This document shows, piece by piece, positions 40,488-56,755 of a stretch of DNA of 64,000 bases. This stretch comes from Octopus vulgaris (Eukaryota): assembly GCA_951406725.2 (NCBI GenBank), contig OX597832.1, positions 32,178,001 through 32,242,000 on the forward strand. Reading direction: 5' to 3'. The notes beneath the pieces were generated by a model that saw only the letters and a program-made list of their open reading frames with translations, made no database searches and was not told the origin of the DNA. Position 1 is the first letter of the stretch; every line of letters begins with the position of its first letter. The position numbers were made by a program, and so were the translations under genes.

Positions 40488-42474
40488 CCATTTTCTCACA
40501 CTGTCTCCGATAAAGGAATATAATAAATATCCTGGAAACAGTTCTAAGACCTTTTATTTATAAATGTTCTAAAATCTTCACAGCTTTGGTTTTTTAAACC
40601 GTTCTAAAAATAAAATCATGCTTACACACACTAATATATGATCTACGCATAATCACAGAACCTGGAGCTTAACTATGGTCAATCCATAGCACTTACTCAG
40701 CATTACCTGACACCATTAACTCTCATAACCTCTCTCTCTTTATTTATATATATATATATATATATGTTGTATGCTTTTCCGTGAATGTAAGCTCAACAAT
40801 AAAAGTACTTCATCTGGTGAGAAAAAGATATTACTTAAATAGTATTTATTTTTATGAGCTGCTCTTAGTTTCATGTGATGAAAACAGCTCAGAAAGCATT
40901 CATGCCATCTGCAGTCTTATACTCTCGTGGCATATACAAGCTAAAAGAAGATGGATAGAATAAGGGGAAACATGTCATTTCATACATATACAATGCTTGA
41001 AAACAAAGCAACAAAAAAAAACCCCACAAAAAATTAGATGATGTTGTCATGATTGGAAGGCCCTCGTAAATTTTATCCAAGTTGACGTAGGATTACCATA
41101 AACAACAACATCCTCTCTTGCGCCTGTATCCTCTCAAATTTCTGGTGGAATCCATCTTGATTGCACTGTATTACACCGTCGATGGGATTTCTTACTCTAG
41201 CCCCGGGGCCACCCAAGTTTTCTTGATGGAATACTTTTGAAGAAAATCCTTCATACGGAAATTTTCTATCGTTACATAGAAGCCATCATCCGTCTACCAA
41301 GTTTAGTATCACCACCTGTCCAGGTACGGTTTTTAATCGAAGTTTCACAGGTTGTGAGTTTCGGAACTAAGTTACAGATCTGCAGATAACACTGTGCATT
41401 ATTCCACCAACGCATGCTAATCTCGGCAAACTGCAAAGCGTCGATGGGGCTGTAATGCTGTCCCTTAATTTTATGATTAACACATTTAAAAAAGAAAAAA
41501 GAAGAAAGGGGAATGGAAGTAAAAATACCTGTTTTCTGAGCTCGAATCTCATCACTAATCTTCAATCATATAAATTCACGCAACACTGAAAGATATTCGC
41601 CATTTTCAATAACAACTTCCGGTTAGTGATCTTATTACTTTTGAACTAATTTCAATTCAAAATTTTAACTACTCACCTCAAATTGAATAATTGGTTGTTT
41701 TTGTTTGTTTGTTTTGCCAACCCTGTCGTGTTTTGTTTTATATATTATTTGTACATTCACCATTCAACCGTGCAACGGTGAAAATTCTTTCAAAAGTTAT
41801 TTGAAATATAGAATCTCTATAATGTTTTTTCCTCGGTAAAGTAACTCGAGAATGGTTATTGTTTGCATAAAACATCAAACTTCATTTTCCCTCCGCAGCC
41901 ATCAGCGCCACCGTAATAATGCAAAAAATATAAAAGAAAATACAAATACATAAAATAAAAGGAAATAAAATAAAATGAAAAACATACACAGATAAAAGAG
42001 ACAAAAACCAACTTGCAATACAATTGTATTATGTACTTTGTTGTTTTCTAAATTTATTTATTTCCAATTCCCGCAGAATAATTGAAATTTCACTTGAACA
42101 GTCAACAATGTGACAACAAAAACAACAACGATAACCACCACCACAACAAAAATAACATGAAGAAGATTGTTATCAAAAATATACAAAAAACAAACCGAAG
42201 AAGCGAATTGTCAAGTTTACTTTATATAGATGGTAATTAGATTTGTTTATTTGTTTATTTATTTTGGAGAGTAAAAACAATTGTCACAGGAAGTGGAGCA
42301 AATAATAAATTAAAGACAGACAGACAGATAGATAGATTGATAGATAGATAGATAGATAGATAGATAGACAGATAGGTAGATAGATAGATATAGATAGATG
42401 AAGAGACACAACTCCCTTTTTTTCTATATCTTTTTCACGTATACACATATCTGTAACGAGAGGAATAGAGAAAC

Positions 42475-42519
<45 letters not shown>

Positions 42520-42535
42520 GATAGATATATAGATG

Positions 42536-42575
<40 letters not shown>

Positions 42576-42881
42576 TATCGATCAATCGATTGAGAGATAG
42601 ATAGACAAATGGATGCAAACAGGGATACAGAGATAGCATAATATTTAGATACAAAACATATTTTGTGGGTAAGAGAATGTCAGGTAATATATATTAGCAG
42701 GTAGGCGAAAAATGTAAAAACAAAAAAAGTATGTAATTGGACACAGCACGTGTATCTGTGTTTACGAATGCACACACACACAAACGTGTGTGTGTGTCTA
42801 TATAAATATACATATTATGTTTCTATATTAAATGCATAAGAGAGAGAGATAGGTCGAGGGAGAGACAGAAATATAGAGAGG

Positions 42882-42941
<60 letters not shown>

Positions 42942-43155
42942 ATGAGACTGATATTATCATAACAATATACGTTGCTGAATAAAGATATTATATATAAATC
43001 GAGAGGCAGACAGACTGAAGGGCAGGTAGATACACAGGTAATTCCAGAGTCTATTGATTTTCAGGAAGAATATATAGTTGCACATAGTCGGAAATAGGTG
43101 CCAAATTTATGTAAATTGTATATGTATATATGTATATATATATATATAATATATA

Positions 43156-43221
<66 letters not shown>

Positions 43222-43562
43222 GGGTCATATTAGGTTATATATATATATATATATATATACATATATATAATACATATATATATATATATATATAATATAT
43301 TATTTATATATATATATGGAGGGGGCATATTATGTTATATATATATATTATATTATATCATATATTATATTATATTATATATATATATATATATATGCAA
43401 TGATATTTTTGTGTTTCTAGTATATATATATCTATACTATGCACACATGCACACGCATATATTTATGTATGCATATGTACATACATTATGTGTTCACACA
43501 TACGCACACGCACGCGCATACATTTATATCTATATCTATATTTATGTATTTATCTATCGGTT

Positions 43563-43609
<47 letters not shown>

Positions 43610-44546
43610 CTGTGTCTGTGTCTGTGTGTATGTGTATGTCCATATTATGATTATAATGCATAATACATACACACACTTGCAAGTGCGCGCGTATGTGCAT
43701 GTGTGTTGCTAAAACTGTATTCGAAATCTTCAAAAATGAAAGTGTGCAATAAACAATAGAAAAACAGCCACTTGTATTTTATGTTTCAATATTTCGGTTT
43801 TCGAAGGAAAATCTTTATAATGAGAAAAATTGGTGAGTCAGTATTCTGCCAAATCTCCGCATATATGGATTTTGATGATGATGATGCTGATGGTTTGTGA
43901 CATGCTCACATAGATAGCATTCTATTAAAGAATTAATGCCGAGTAACTTTTATTTCTTTTCTTAACAAAAAAATGTTTCTAAGTATACAAATTTAGTTCT
44001 TTATTGCGATACAGTTTTCGAGAGGGTTCTTCAAAAGTATATGCCACTTTATTTCTTGTATTTAGAGTGGATTTACACCTAAACATATGCAAAGTTGTAA
44101 ATATATATATATATATATTTCTTGCGTAGTTATCCAGTGTGTATAAATTATTGTTATAAGAATGTTAATTACAAGACTGTATTTCCTGGAGGGAGGACCA
44201 GAATATCCCTGTCAGAACAATTTCAAACCATAACGCATAACCTTGGAATATGTTTCAGCTTTAACAAACAGCTGCAGAAAATGGAAGACATTCTGCAGGT
44301 TTCCATTATCTGGTTGAATTTTAAGTATTGGATTCCGTGTTTATCTCTGTTAGTCTTATTCGCTGCACACCAACATATGCTGTATGTTCATACCATAGGC
44401 TTCAATCTGTGTCTGTGTAGATTGTGGATTGCTTGGTGGCGATCATCTGTGTTGGATTAATAACAACTTTCATTTCGAAGTAAATATTAATACACCTCTT
44501 CACGATAATCGAGAAGAGAGTCACGGATGGAGAGAGAAAAGTATTC

Positions 44547-44598
<52 letters not shown>

Positions 44599-44618
44599 TA
44601 ATAATAATAATAATAATG

Positions 44619-44688
<70 letters not shown>

Positions 44689-44691
<3 letters not shown>

Positions 44692-44812
44692 TGCCCTGAT
44701 GCAGTACCAGGCAGTGGATCTCGTGGTTTCTGATCTGGACTGATTGGGAGTGTTATCAGGTACATTGTTTTGTCTTGGTATAAAAGATGGGCTACAGCAA
44801 ATATTACAGCAA
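44689..44812. mobile_element. Truncated copy of the 54026-54560 TAA-embedded element
   Basis: aaatgccctgatgcag...gatgggctacagcaaatatt is shared with the start of the 54026 element. (TAA)n lies on both sides. Confidence 0.8.
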
Positions 44813-44825
44813 ATAATAATAATAG

Positions 44826-44901
<76 letters not shown>

Positions 44902-44963
44902 AATGATGATGATCATGATGATGACGACGACGATGATGATGTTGATGATTATGATCATGATGA

Positions 44964-45082
44964 CCTTTCCTACTTTAGGCACAAGACCTAGTATTTGTGG
45001 AGAACGGTTCAGTCGATCCCATCAACACCAGTACTTGACTGGTACTTGATTTATCGACCAGCAAAAGGATGAAAGGCAACGC
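44964..45082 (-). mobile_element. 5'-truncated tail-B SINE
   Basis: cctttcctactttaggcacaagacct..gactggtacttgatttatcgacc..aaaggatgaaaggca. Confidence 0.7.
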
Positions 45083-45084
45083 CT

Positions 45085-45257
45085 TCATGCTATTGCACCT
45101 CTTCCCTCTACAACCAGCCAGCAGAGGTGTGAATTATGCAATAGAATGTGTAAATCTTTGGCGGGGCTCAATTGTCATACAAGGGCCTCACATTGCATCA
45201 CCAATGACTCGTTTCAATGATTCTTTCTAGGAATGACTTTGCTCGTATACAGCAACT
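45085..45257 (+). mobile_element. RTE/BovB-like LINE 3' fragment (C-terminal C2H2 finger)
   Basis: 45128-45193 translates to CELCNRMCKSLAGLNCHTRASH, matching the C..C.R.C.S..GL..H.R.H terminal finger of BovB-type RTEs. Confidence 0.6.
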
Positions 45258-45284
45258 GTGTATGTATATACGTATAATATATAC

Positions 45285-45351
<67 letters not shown>

Positions 45352-45414
45352 TATATATTTATATATATTTATATATATGTGTGTGGGTGTGTGTGAATGT
45401 GTATATAATATATA

Positions 45415-45454
<40 letters not shown>

Positions 45455-45494
45455 GTATGTGAATGTATAAATATACATATGCATATCTATCTAT

Positions 45495-45633
45495 ACGATA
45501 TGCCGGGTTTCTCTTACTTTCTATCTTCTAAACCCACGCACATGGCTTTGTTGGGCGTGATGCTATAATAGAAGATACTTGACCAAGAAGCCAGGCAGTG
45601 CGACTGAGCCACGAACCCTGCGCTTGGGAAGCA
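45495..45633 (-). mobile_element. Diverged 5' part of SINE family C
   Basis: ggctttgttggg..gctataatagaagatacttgaccaag..gcagtgcgactgagcc..ttgggaagcaa. Confidence 0.6.
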
Positions 45634-46335
45634 ATGATCGGAATGAATTTGATTACAATTTTGCCTAAATCAGATTTGACCTACGGTTAGAATATAACAA
45701 GGCGCTGCATATTAACGTCATGAAGAACCAGAAACGCTTCAGAAGCAGAAAGCAACGCAATCGATAAAAGAGGAACAATAGAAAATGCAAGAAAAACATT
45801 TATTGTTCTAAACAATAACAACAATAATGATAATAACAAGAGTAATAATGGGAACAATGGGAATCGGGAAAGCCAGGATCAAAACCACAAATAGGGAAGA
45901 AGAAAGAGCAACAACAACAACAACAACAACAGAGATAAACAGCAACTACAAACGCATGCGCACACACAAACACAAAATAACTAGGAAAATAGCAAAAAGA
46001 GCAGTGCACTCCGTAACGACATCATGAGGTTCAACAGCACCAACAGCAAGACCAGCAGCAACATCATCATCATCAGCAGCAGCACCAGCAGCAGCGGCGG
46101 CAGCAGCAGCGGTGGAGGCAACAACAAAGGGCAGAAAGAACTCTCAGAGAATAACTGCAAGAATAGCAACACAGAGCTACAAGAACTTGGAGAACAAATA
46201 CCAAAAGCTGTCCACCCCTCCCCAAAATAAACAACACCAATTACTCCTCTCTCTCTTCATATATTTCCCTCCCTCTCTTTGTCAGTCTCTATACCTCTCA
46301 TACACACACACATATACGTATATATACATAGAAGC

Positions 46336-46368
<33 letters not shown>

Positions 46369-46381
46369 TATAATAAAAATT

Positions 46382-46417
<36 letters not shown>

Positions 46418-46498
46418 CATAAATTTGTTTATATATATATATATATACATATAAATTTGAATATATATATACATGAAAATTTGAACTATATATACACA

Positions 46499-46539
<41 letters not shown>

Positions 46540-46870
46540 ACACATATACATACATGCATATATATATAGATACATGCACATAAATACACATAAATACATG
46601 TATCCACACACGTACACACACACACACACACACATATATATTGTGTATGTGTATATTTACGCCAGTGACAACTACAAAAACGAGAACCGAACAGCAACAA
46701 CTACAAGAACTATCAGCGTATGAGGCCGTGTTCAATGTCACAGAAGATTTCCGTGATACCGGAACGCTTCAAAGTCAAATTAACTATTTGACCTTTGATG
46801 AAAGGTCACAAGCAAATTGATTTCGAATCGCTCAATTAAGGTCTTTGATCTTTGAGGTAGTGCTTCATTT

Positions 46871-47600
<730 letters not shown>

Positions 47601-47964
47601 ACATAATTAAGATTAACATCACCATCTGCAATTTGATAATCACCAGGACCAAAGAAATTACCTTAATCCCAAATATTACACATGTTATTCCTTTCTCCAC
47701 TTCCTCCTCCTCCCCTTCCTCCCCCTCATCATCATCAAGGGCAACTACAACAAAATCGACAATGTTATTGCTATTATTTTGGGTGTTACTGTGGTTTTTA
47801 TTTTGCTATTACTGTTGTTGAGTTCGTCGCTAAATCATTAAACCCATAACGTTAGTTCAAGCGAGCTTTACAAGGATTTTATCGCCAAACACCAAAGAAG
47901 TTTATATTAAAACAAGTGCATTCACACACTTTTTGATATACATACAAATGTAGGCGTCTACACC

Positions 47965-48026
<62 letters not shown>

Positions 48027-48657
48027 TGTGTGTATAATGATTGAGGGAAACGGAAAATGGAGTTAGCATTAATTTTTATTCAACACAACGATCGTTTCGA
48101 CCCATCCCGCATCTGTCCCTTCTGGGTGGGTCACGGTACAGCTAGTTGTGTTGCATCTACCAGTGCAGAAGGCGTCTAGTCGGGTGTCTGGTTTTAAATG
48201 AGATTCTTCGCTAAATATACTCGGTTTCGCTTGGCATGTTGTGGACGCCAGTGGTTTGTTCGATACACTGATAGAGGATGGGTACAATTTCCGGGTCACA
48301 GGGAATTTATGACATAGAGCAAAGTAATAAAAGATGGAGAATAAAAAATAGCCATGGATACGAATTATAAGATAAAATGACGAAAGATAAGTGCACAAGT
48401 GTTGACATGAATACACGTGTAGACGTTCATACACATTCCCACGCGCTCACCCGTTAAGGAGATGTTACTGAATACGGTGAAAAACAACCGAGATGGTCAT
48501 ATTAAAGGCAGAGACATAAATGGTACCTGTCTTCCCCGCACTCCGCTGCGCATATGATAGATTACAAATGGCTTCACCGACGCATTTAATAGCATTTTGA
48601 CACACGCACACCTACACATTGATGTGTATATATATATATATATATATATACACATTG

Positions 48658-48714
<57 letters not shown>

Positions 48715-49297
48715 CAACATACCTATATCTAATTTTAACGGCGGTTTGCCACGCAAGACCACATATATAAATATTTACATATATACAGACAGACACACGC
48801 GTATACATATATTTATATGCGTATATATTTTTACGTATATGGGCTCAGATACACACATCTATATTCTAGTGTATAGTCACATATATTCATATGTATCGAG
48901 ATATCTTACTCTTCCACGCGCACACACATACAAACACATTTACACATACAAACACATACAAACACATACAAACACATTTACACATGGCTATATCTTATGT
49001 ACATGGGTCAATACATCTTCTCAATTTCACATATGTGTCTATTGGCATACGCTCTCGCATACATGCTTCATAATTACGTCGGACATACAGACACACTCTC
49101 AGGTTACATAGATAATTCGACATTTATTTCAATGCATATTGCATAAGTTGGAATTACATTGGTAATTAGGAGGTAATGCTTGCATAAACAGTTTATAATT
49201 GTATGGTCCGTCTGTATGAGATAAACGAATACAAATGTCTATGATTTATAACATATAACATATTGAATATATCATATACCATATAACATGAGATCTA

Positions 49298-49678
49298 AAA
49301 GGCGGCGAGCTGGCAGAAACGGTAGCACGCCGAGCGAAATGCTTAGCGGTATTTCGTCTGCCGTTACGAGGTCGACTTTGCCTTTCATCCTTTCGGGGTC
49401 GATTAAATAAGTACCAGTTACGCACTGGGGTCGATATAATCGACTTAATCCCTTTGTCTGCCCTTGTTTGTCCCCTCTGTGTTTAGCCCCTTGTGGGTAG
49501 TAAAGAAATAGGTATTTCGTCTATCGTTACGTTCTGAGTTCAAATTCTGCCGAGCTCTACTTTGCCTTTCAGGGTCGATAAATTAAATACCAGTTGCGTA
49601 CTGGGGTCGATCTAATCGACTGCTCCCCTTTCTCCAAAAATCCCGGGCCTTGTGCCTAGAGTAGAGTAGAAAAGAATA
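49298..49678 (+). mobile_element. Composite SINE: tail-A unit followed by a headless tail-B unit
   Basis: Head, core and tail A run to ~49510. The sequence then resumes at ggtatttcgtc with a second core and tail B (ggccttgtgcctagagtag..aaaagaat). Confidence 0.85.
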
Positions 49679-51170
49679 ACATAACATATAACCTGTGCAC
49701 CACTCTTTAGAGTGCTTGGCATTTATCCACTTTTTATTCGTACGTTGGTATTTTTTCGTCGCACCGAAATCAATACTCTAAGGCAAACACACGTATATGC
49801 AGCACAGTTTACACGTAGGGGTAATACTCAATTAAAACAGTAAGTATTTCTGGGGTGTATGTTTAAAAAATGTAACGTAGGACGTTTTCCTGCGTTTAAG
49901 TTATCTATCTGTTAAATATTCTCTAATTGATGAGTAATCCTGATATAATGTCGAAAGTACTTTAATAGGCATACTGCTAAGCATATAACCAAGGTCCAAC
50001 TAATTACTATTATATGACTCTGAAGTCACTGTGAAAAGTAATCTCGACCCAGGAAAATAATATTTCGATTATAATCGTCATGTTGTATGTAGATTGCAGA
50101 ATTCGCGGATTGATTCGTGACGTGCGAATATTTAGATGGGTAGGAGTTATTGATACGCAGATGCAGTTGTATGATTCTGCATAGCCAGTTCCCATCACCG
50201 ATTATAAACTAGATAAGACTATTACGATATAAGGACTATTGGTAGGTTTGGGTTCCGTCCAAAAGCACAACATGCAGTGAGAAGGAACTTGTATGTGCAG
50301 GATATTCTTTATTTAGCCTCTTTGGTGTACGTTCAAGGAAGGTCGTTTCAGCTTTCGTATACGCCAGTTGCTAATCCCTCAAAAGACTCAGTTGCTAATC
50401 CCTCAACATGTATATGTATATAGGAGAATCCCTCAACATGTATATGTATATAGGAGAATTTTCTGAAAAGTTCCTGGCTAAAAGAAAATACAAGCCTATC
50501 AGTTAATTATGATTGTATTCAACATATTCCTCCGTCTCAGATTCACGCAATTGTTGTAGCGGTCCATCACTTTTCCCAAGACCTGTAAAAGAACTCGGAA
50601 GTCCGGGCCAACAACCAGGCTGTGCGTGATACCTTTAAAGTAAGAAACTTTCCAGTACTTTCTCCTAAATTAATTTAGACATTTTCCTAAATTCTATTCG
50701 TTATGCTATTTTCCATTCATGGAAACATTGTAAAAACAAAAGCAGATCTTTTCTCCAGGAGAAGGAGAGTAGAGACGCCGACATCCAATTATACATGAGA
50801 ACGTACTAATAGGAAACACCTTAGAATATAATGTTTCTTTGCAGACATCTGCAATCTGATAACAATGGCACCGAATTCTCTTAAATTAAACATTTAAAAC
50901 TGAAGCACCAGAGAAAACAAATTAAAAACAAGGTGTTTTTTGAAGAACTTTAATTTTAAGTCGACAATTATTTCAATGGGTGCAACAAGAATGACAGAAG
51001 AAAGTGATCGAAGACAAACGGAAGATAAAATAAGCAAAGGCAAAATGGTAAATGCAAGAAATGTCGTTAAATTAAGGTAGAAAAGAGTACGGCAGTGACC
51101 AAGTTTGTTCACCGTGATGGTGACAACATGGATCCCTTATCAGTGTAGCAGTTAGTGCACAGCAAAAGAA

Positions 51171-51225
<55 letters not shown>

Positions 51226-51286
51226 AATGGTATGTGTGTATGTATTTACATATATATATACACATATATATGCACATATACATATA

Positions 51287-51318
<32 letters not shown>

Positions 51319-51523
51319 CGTATATATATATATATACGTATATATATATATATATATATATATACGTGTATATATATATATATATACATACGTGTATATA
51401 TAATATATATATACATGCATTCATATATACATCCATCTGTACAAACATATATATATACATATATGTCTACTTACCCACTTACCTACATGCATGCATACAC
51501 ACACACACAGACACACACATACA

Positions 51524-51588
<65 letters not shown>

Positions 51589-52094
51589 GCGTATATACAT
51601 ATATACCATCGAGTGCACCAATTACACATTTTATTACGCGAACATTTTCATGCGATGGTTTTTAATAATTTTACTTTTGTACGCAAAAATCCATTTCTCC
51701 GTTTTACTTAAATGTGATTAGTCGACATCCCTATTGGACACTATCTACCGCTGCTTTCCCTCAGCGCATGTATCTGACGACAACAGCAACAACAACAACA
51801 TCGAAAACAATAACAAAATCTAAACTGAAGAAATATGAAAACTGTAGTAAAATTTCTATCGTGAATACACACAGAACATAGATAAAAACATAATAATCAA
51901 TTTTAATTGATTATATTGGGACATATGACGAGGAATTTAAATGGAAACTGGTTAGTAGTAACATCGATTAACGTGATTTAGTAATTCCTTACTTTACTGG
52001 ACCGAGGAGGGATCAAAAGCATATATTGGCTTCCGCAGTATTTGAACTCAGTATGTGAAGAGCAAAAAGAAAAAAAAAGAGAGAAAGACGGAAA

Positions 52095-52296
52095 ATCACA
52101 CGTATTGAGAAGAGCATTGTCGATGTGAGAACTGTTGCTGCTCATGTATTTTAATTTAACTTAAAAAAAAAAAAATGAACGAACTATTGAGTTTGGTTTA
52201 ATGGCCTACCAATATACACTATGAGTTTCTTTGCCCTAGGAGTCGGGAAGACACTCGGCAAGAAATGGAAGAAAATTTGAAAGAAGGAAAAAAAAA

Positions 52297-52297
<1 letters not shown>
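52095..52297 (+). mobile_element. ~200 bp 3'-terminal fragment of the 52.6 kb Dong-like family
   Basis: Near-identical to 53270-53486 (last codons SHVLRRALSM* plus 3' UTR) and followed by (TAA)n. Confidence 0.9.
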
Positions 52298-52339
<42 letters not shown>

Positions 52340-52413
52340 TAATTATAATTTTTATTATTACTGGAGTCGGTTCATTCGATAATAATAATAGTAATAATAA
52401 CAATAATAACAAC

Positions 52414-52487
<74 letters not shown>

Positions 52488-52489
52488 GG

Positions 52490-53641
<1,152 letters not shown>

Positions 53642-53646
53642 GTAAT

Positions 53647-53847
53647 ATCACACGTATTGAGAAGAGCATTGTCGATGTGAGAACTGTTGCTGCTCATGTA
53701 TTTTAATTTAACTTAAAAAAAAACAAAAAAAACGAACTACTGAGTTTGGTTTAATGGCCTACCAATGTATACTATGAGTTTCTTTGCTCTAGGAGTCGGG
53801 AAGACACTCGGCAAGAAATGGAAGCAAATTTGAAAGAAGAAAAAAAG
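53647..53847 (+). mobile_element. ~200 bp 3'-terminal fragment of the 52.6 kb Dong-like family
   Basis: Same sequence and same 5' start (atcacacgtattgag) as 52095-52297. (TAA)n lies on both sides. Confidence 0.9.
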
Positions 53848-53874
53848 TAATAATAATAATAACAATCAGGATAA

Positions 53875-54006
<132 letters not shown>

Positions 54007-54025
54007 GGATAATAATGATAATAAT

Positions 54026-54560
54026 AAATGCCCTGATGCAGCACCAGGCAGTGGCTCTCATGGCTTCTGATCTTAACTGAAGTGTTATCATGTACATTGT
54101 TATGTCTTGGTATAAAAGATGGGCTACAGCAAATATTCTGCTCAATACCACAGATTTGCTTGTCAGTTGTTTGACCTTAACCAGTTGAGCATGTCCCTTA
54201 GTGGCTGACGATATGTGCATCTCTGATCACAAGCAGAAGTAGTGGGGGAGCATCATAGCCATGTGTTGGGAGGGATTCTTTGGGGTTTGAATAATTCACC
54301 TCTGGAAACATGGGTGGTTCTTTCAACATCCTTAAACAACCCTTATTCAGGGACCGTTTGAGCGGGATGGGCTACTCAACCTGAAGAAAATTCAAGGTTA
54401 TGTGCTGTTTATCTTGATATGAGATCAGCATGTCGCGCACATATGGTTGTGATGCATGTGACTGGTGTACCCTTATCAGACGGGTAGTCATGATGGGTAT
54501 ACTGGGCTTCGTATATTTCACCCCAGTGTCACTTTGATGGCATGAACTGCTCTCTCACTC
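54026..54560. mobile_element. Non-coding ~535 bp element embedded in (TAA)n
   Basis: Complex sequence with sharp (TAA)n borders. Its first ~115 bp recur at 44689-44805, also in (TAA)n. Confidence 0.75.
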
Positions 54561-54576
54561 AATAATAATAATAATG

Positions 54577-54683
<107 letters not shown>

Positions 54684-54706
54684 TATAATAATAATAATAA
54701 TAATAA

Positions 54707-54737
<31 letters not shown>

Positions 54738-56708
54738 AAGAAGAAAGGAAGGAATATATTCACAGACACGAAAGAGTTGGGACCTACATACACTGGAAGC
54801 TATGCCAATATTATGGAATAACAACAGAAAAAAGATAGTATAGGCACAGACCAAAAAAGGTCACAGAAAACGAAAAAGCCATCATAGTCTGGGATAAATT
54901 TCTGTGCAGTTTCTCTATGATATCATTCTAGCTTCAGAAAATGAAACTATTTAAATACTTTTCGAATTATTAAAAGTAAAATTAAGAATAATTTTTATTA
55001 TTTCTGTATGTACAAGAAGGGTAACATAAAATTATTAAAATAGGATGGAAAATTAAAAAGTAAATATTTGAGGTCTAACAGAAAAAAAAATCAACAAACG
55101 GTTTCGGAGAACATAAGACTTGTAGTTTAGACGATGGAAGTTTTATATTTGCCACATGATGCAACCAAAAATAACCAAATAATCTATACTCTTGCTCTTT
55201 TCACGGCATCACCTACAATGAATATTATACAAAGAATAAAGAAATAAAAACAATTACTTGTTTGTAACATGATAGCATGACCTACAAGTGATGCTCTGCC
55301 ATGGCACTTCTCTATCGGGAAGTGTAAAATGCTCTCTTTGCTTTCAAACGAGTTGGAGACATCCATTGGTCAATGTTGACCGTGCGCCGAGATATTTATG
55401 GGCAGAACTGATCGAAATTCTGAGAAAGATCGGCCGTTGTCCATGTTTGCAAGTTCCGTCTCTCTCTTCGTTTCTGAGACGCTTTAGCCGAAACTGCTTG
55501 ATACAGATGTCTTCGCATGAGTTGCTGCCTCCTTATACTGACCCAGATGAGACACTGCAAGGCACCTTAGCCGAACCTTTAACATTTCCGCCAATCCAAG
55601 AAGTTCCATTCGTGCAATATTATCGATCTTTATATAATGAAAAAACAAAGTTGAATTCTACTGGATTTTTTTCCAGAACACATTAAATAGCTCAGGAAGC
55701 AATTCATGTGGTTTAACCGATTCTGTTCACTGCCTTTCAACCTGTCCGCGATGGTTATTACGTAGATGTTGTTGTTGTTGCTGTTGTTATTGTTGCTGCT
55801 GCTATTTTGTTCATCTTCAATCAAAGAGGATTTAAAATAAGTCTCATTATAATCATCCCAATATTTATTCTCAAGAATAATGCAGATCTGAATACTATGT
55901 GTCCATTTATTTGAGAAACTTATGGTTTGAAGAGTGATTGGCTGCTATTTCTAAATAGTCAAGTGACTAATTTGTAAATGTTAAAACAAAATTCTCTGAC
56001 ACACTCTTTGTACTGTTACATGTCTCTATTTTCTGAGTTCAAGTAACACCCAGGTCAAACTTACCGTTCACAGTCCTGGAGTCATCAACTGAATAACCAA
56101 TATAGTTCCTAAACGGATCGAATCAGCTACACGTCTGTTCTGCAAAAGACACTTTCTTAGCCTATGACCAAATGGTTATTTAGTTGCTGTGGGGGTAATG
56201 CTTAAACGCCATATACGTTTATTATATTATAATTTTGACTCGGTATTAATAAATCTAATTAGAACCAGCTGTAATTATTTCATTCTCTTTAATTAAAGAA
56301 GTCGGAATATTTGATTTGAGATTCATAACTGCTATTTTCAGAATGAAATATTAATTAAAAATTACTGCCAACAACCTAAACATGGACGAAAATAGTGAAG
56401 TTATGAAAGATAATTACTTCTGACACAGGTACAAAGATCTGAAGACAGCAGGAATTGACTAAATGCACACCAACAACTTACTGGTACTTTATACTTTTGA
56501 CCCCAGAATGACGAAAGTGAAAATTTCCCCTGATAGAATGCAGACATATCTAGTACAGGTAGGTCACAACGATTGCTAATACTCGGAAATAACAAACAAT
56601 CTTTATGATACTTATTTTACATAAAATATATCTATCTATCTGTCTATCTATTATCTGTTTGTCTTTCTGTCTGTCTGTCTCTCTCACCCCCCTCTCTCTC
56701 TCTCTCTC

Positions 56709-56755
<47 letters not shown>

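Noticed and set aside
41272-41565. ORF faintly resembling a mariner transposase C-terminus
   Set aside because: The diagnostic YSPDLAP motif is absent and no terminal repeats were found.
55288-55686. 132 aa non-repetitive ORF, end faintly like a Tigger transposase C-terminus
   Set aside because: The resemblance is limited to a few residues (YRSLYNEK..FF), with no DDE or HTH motif.
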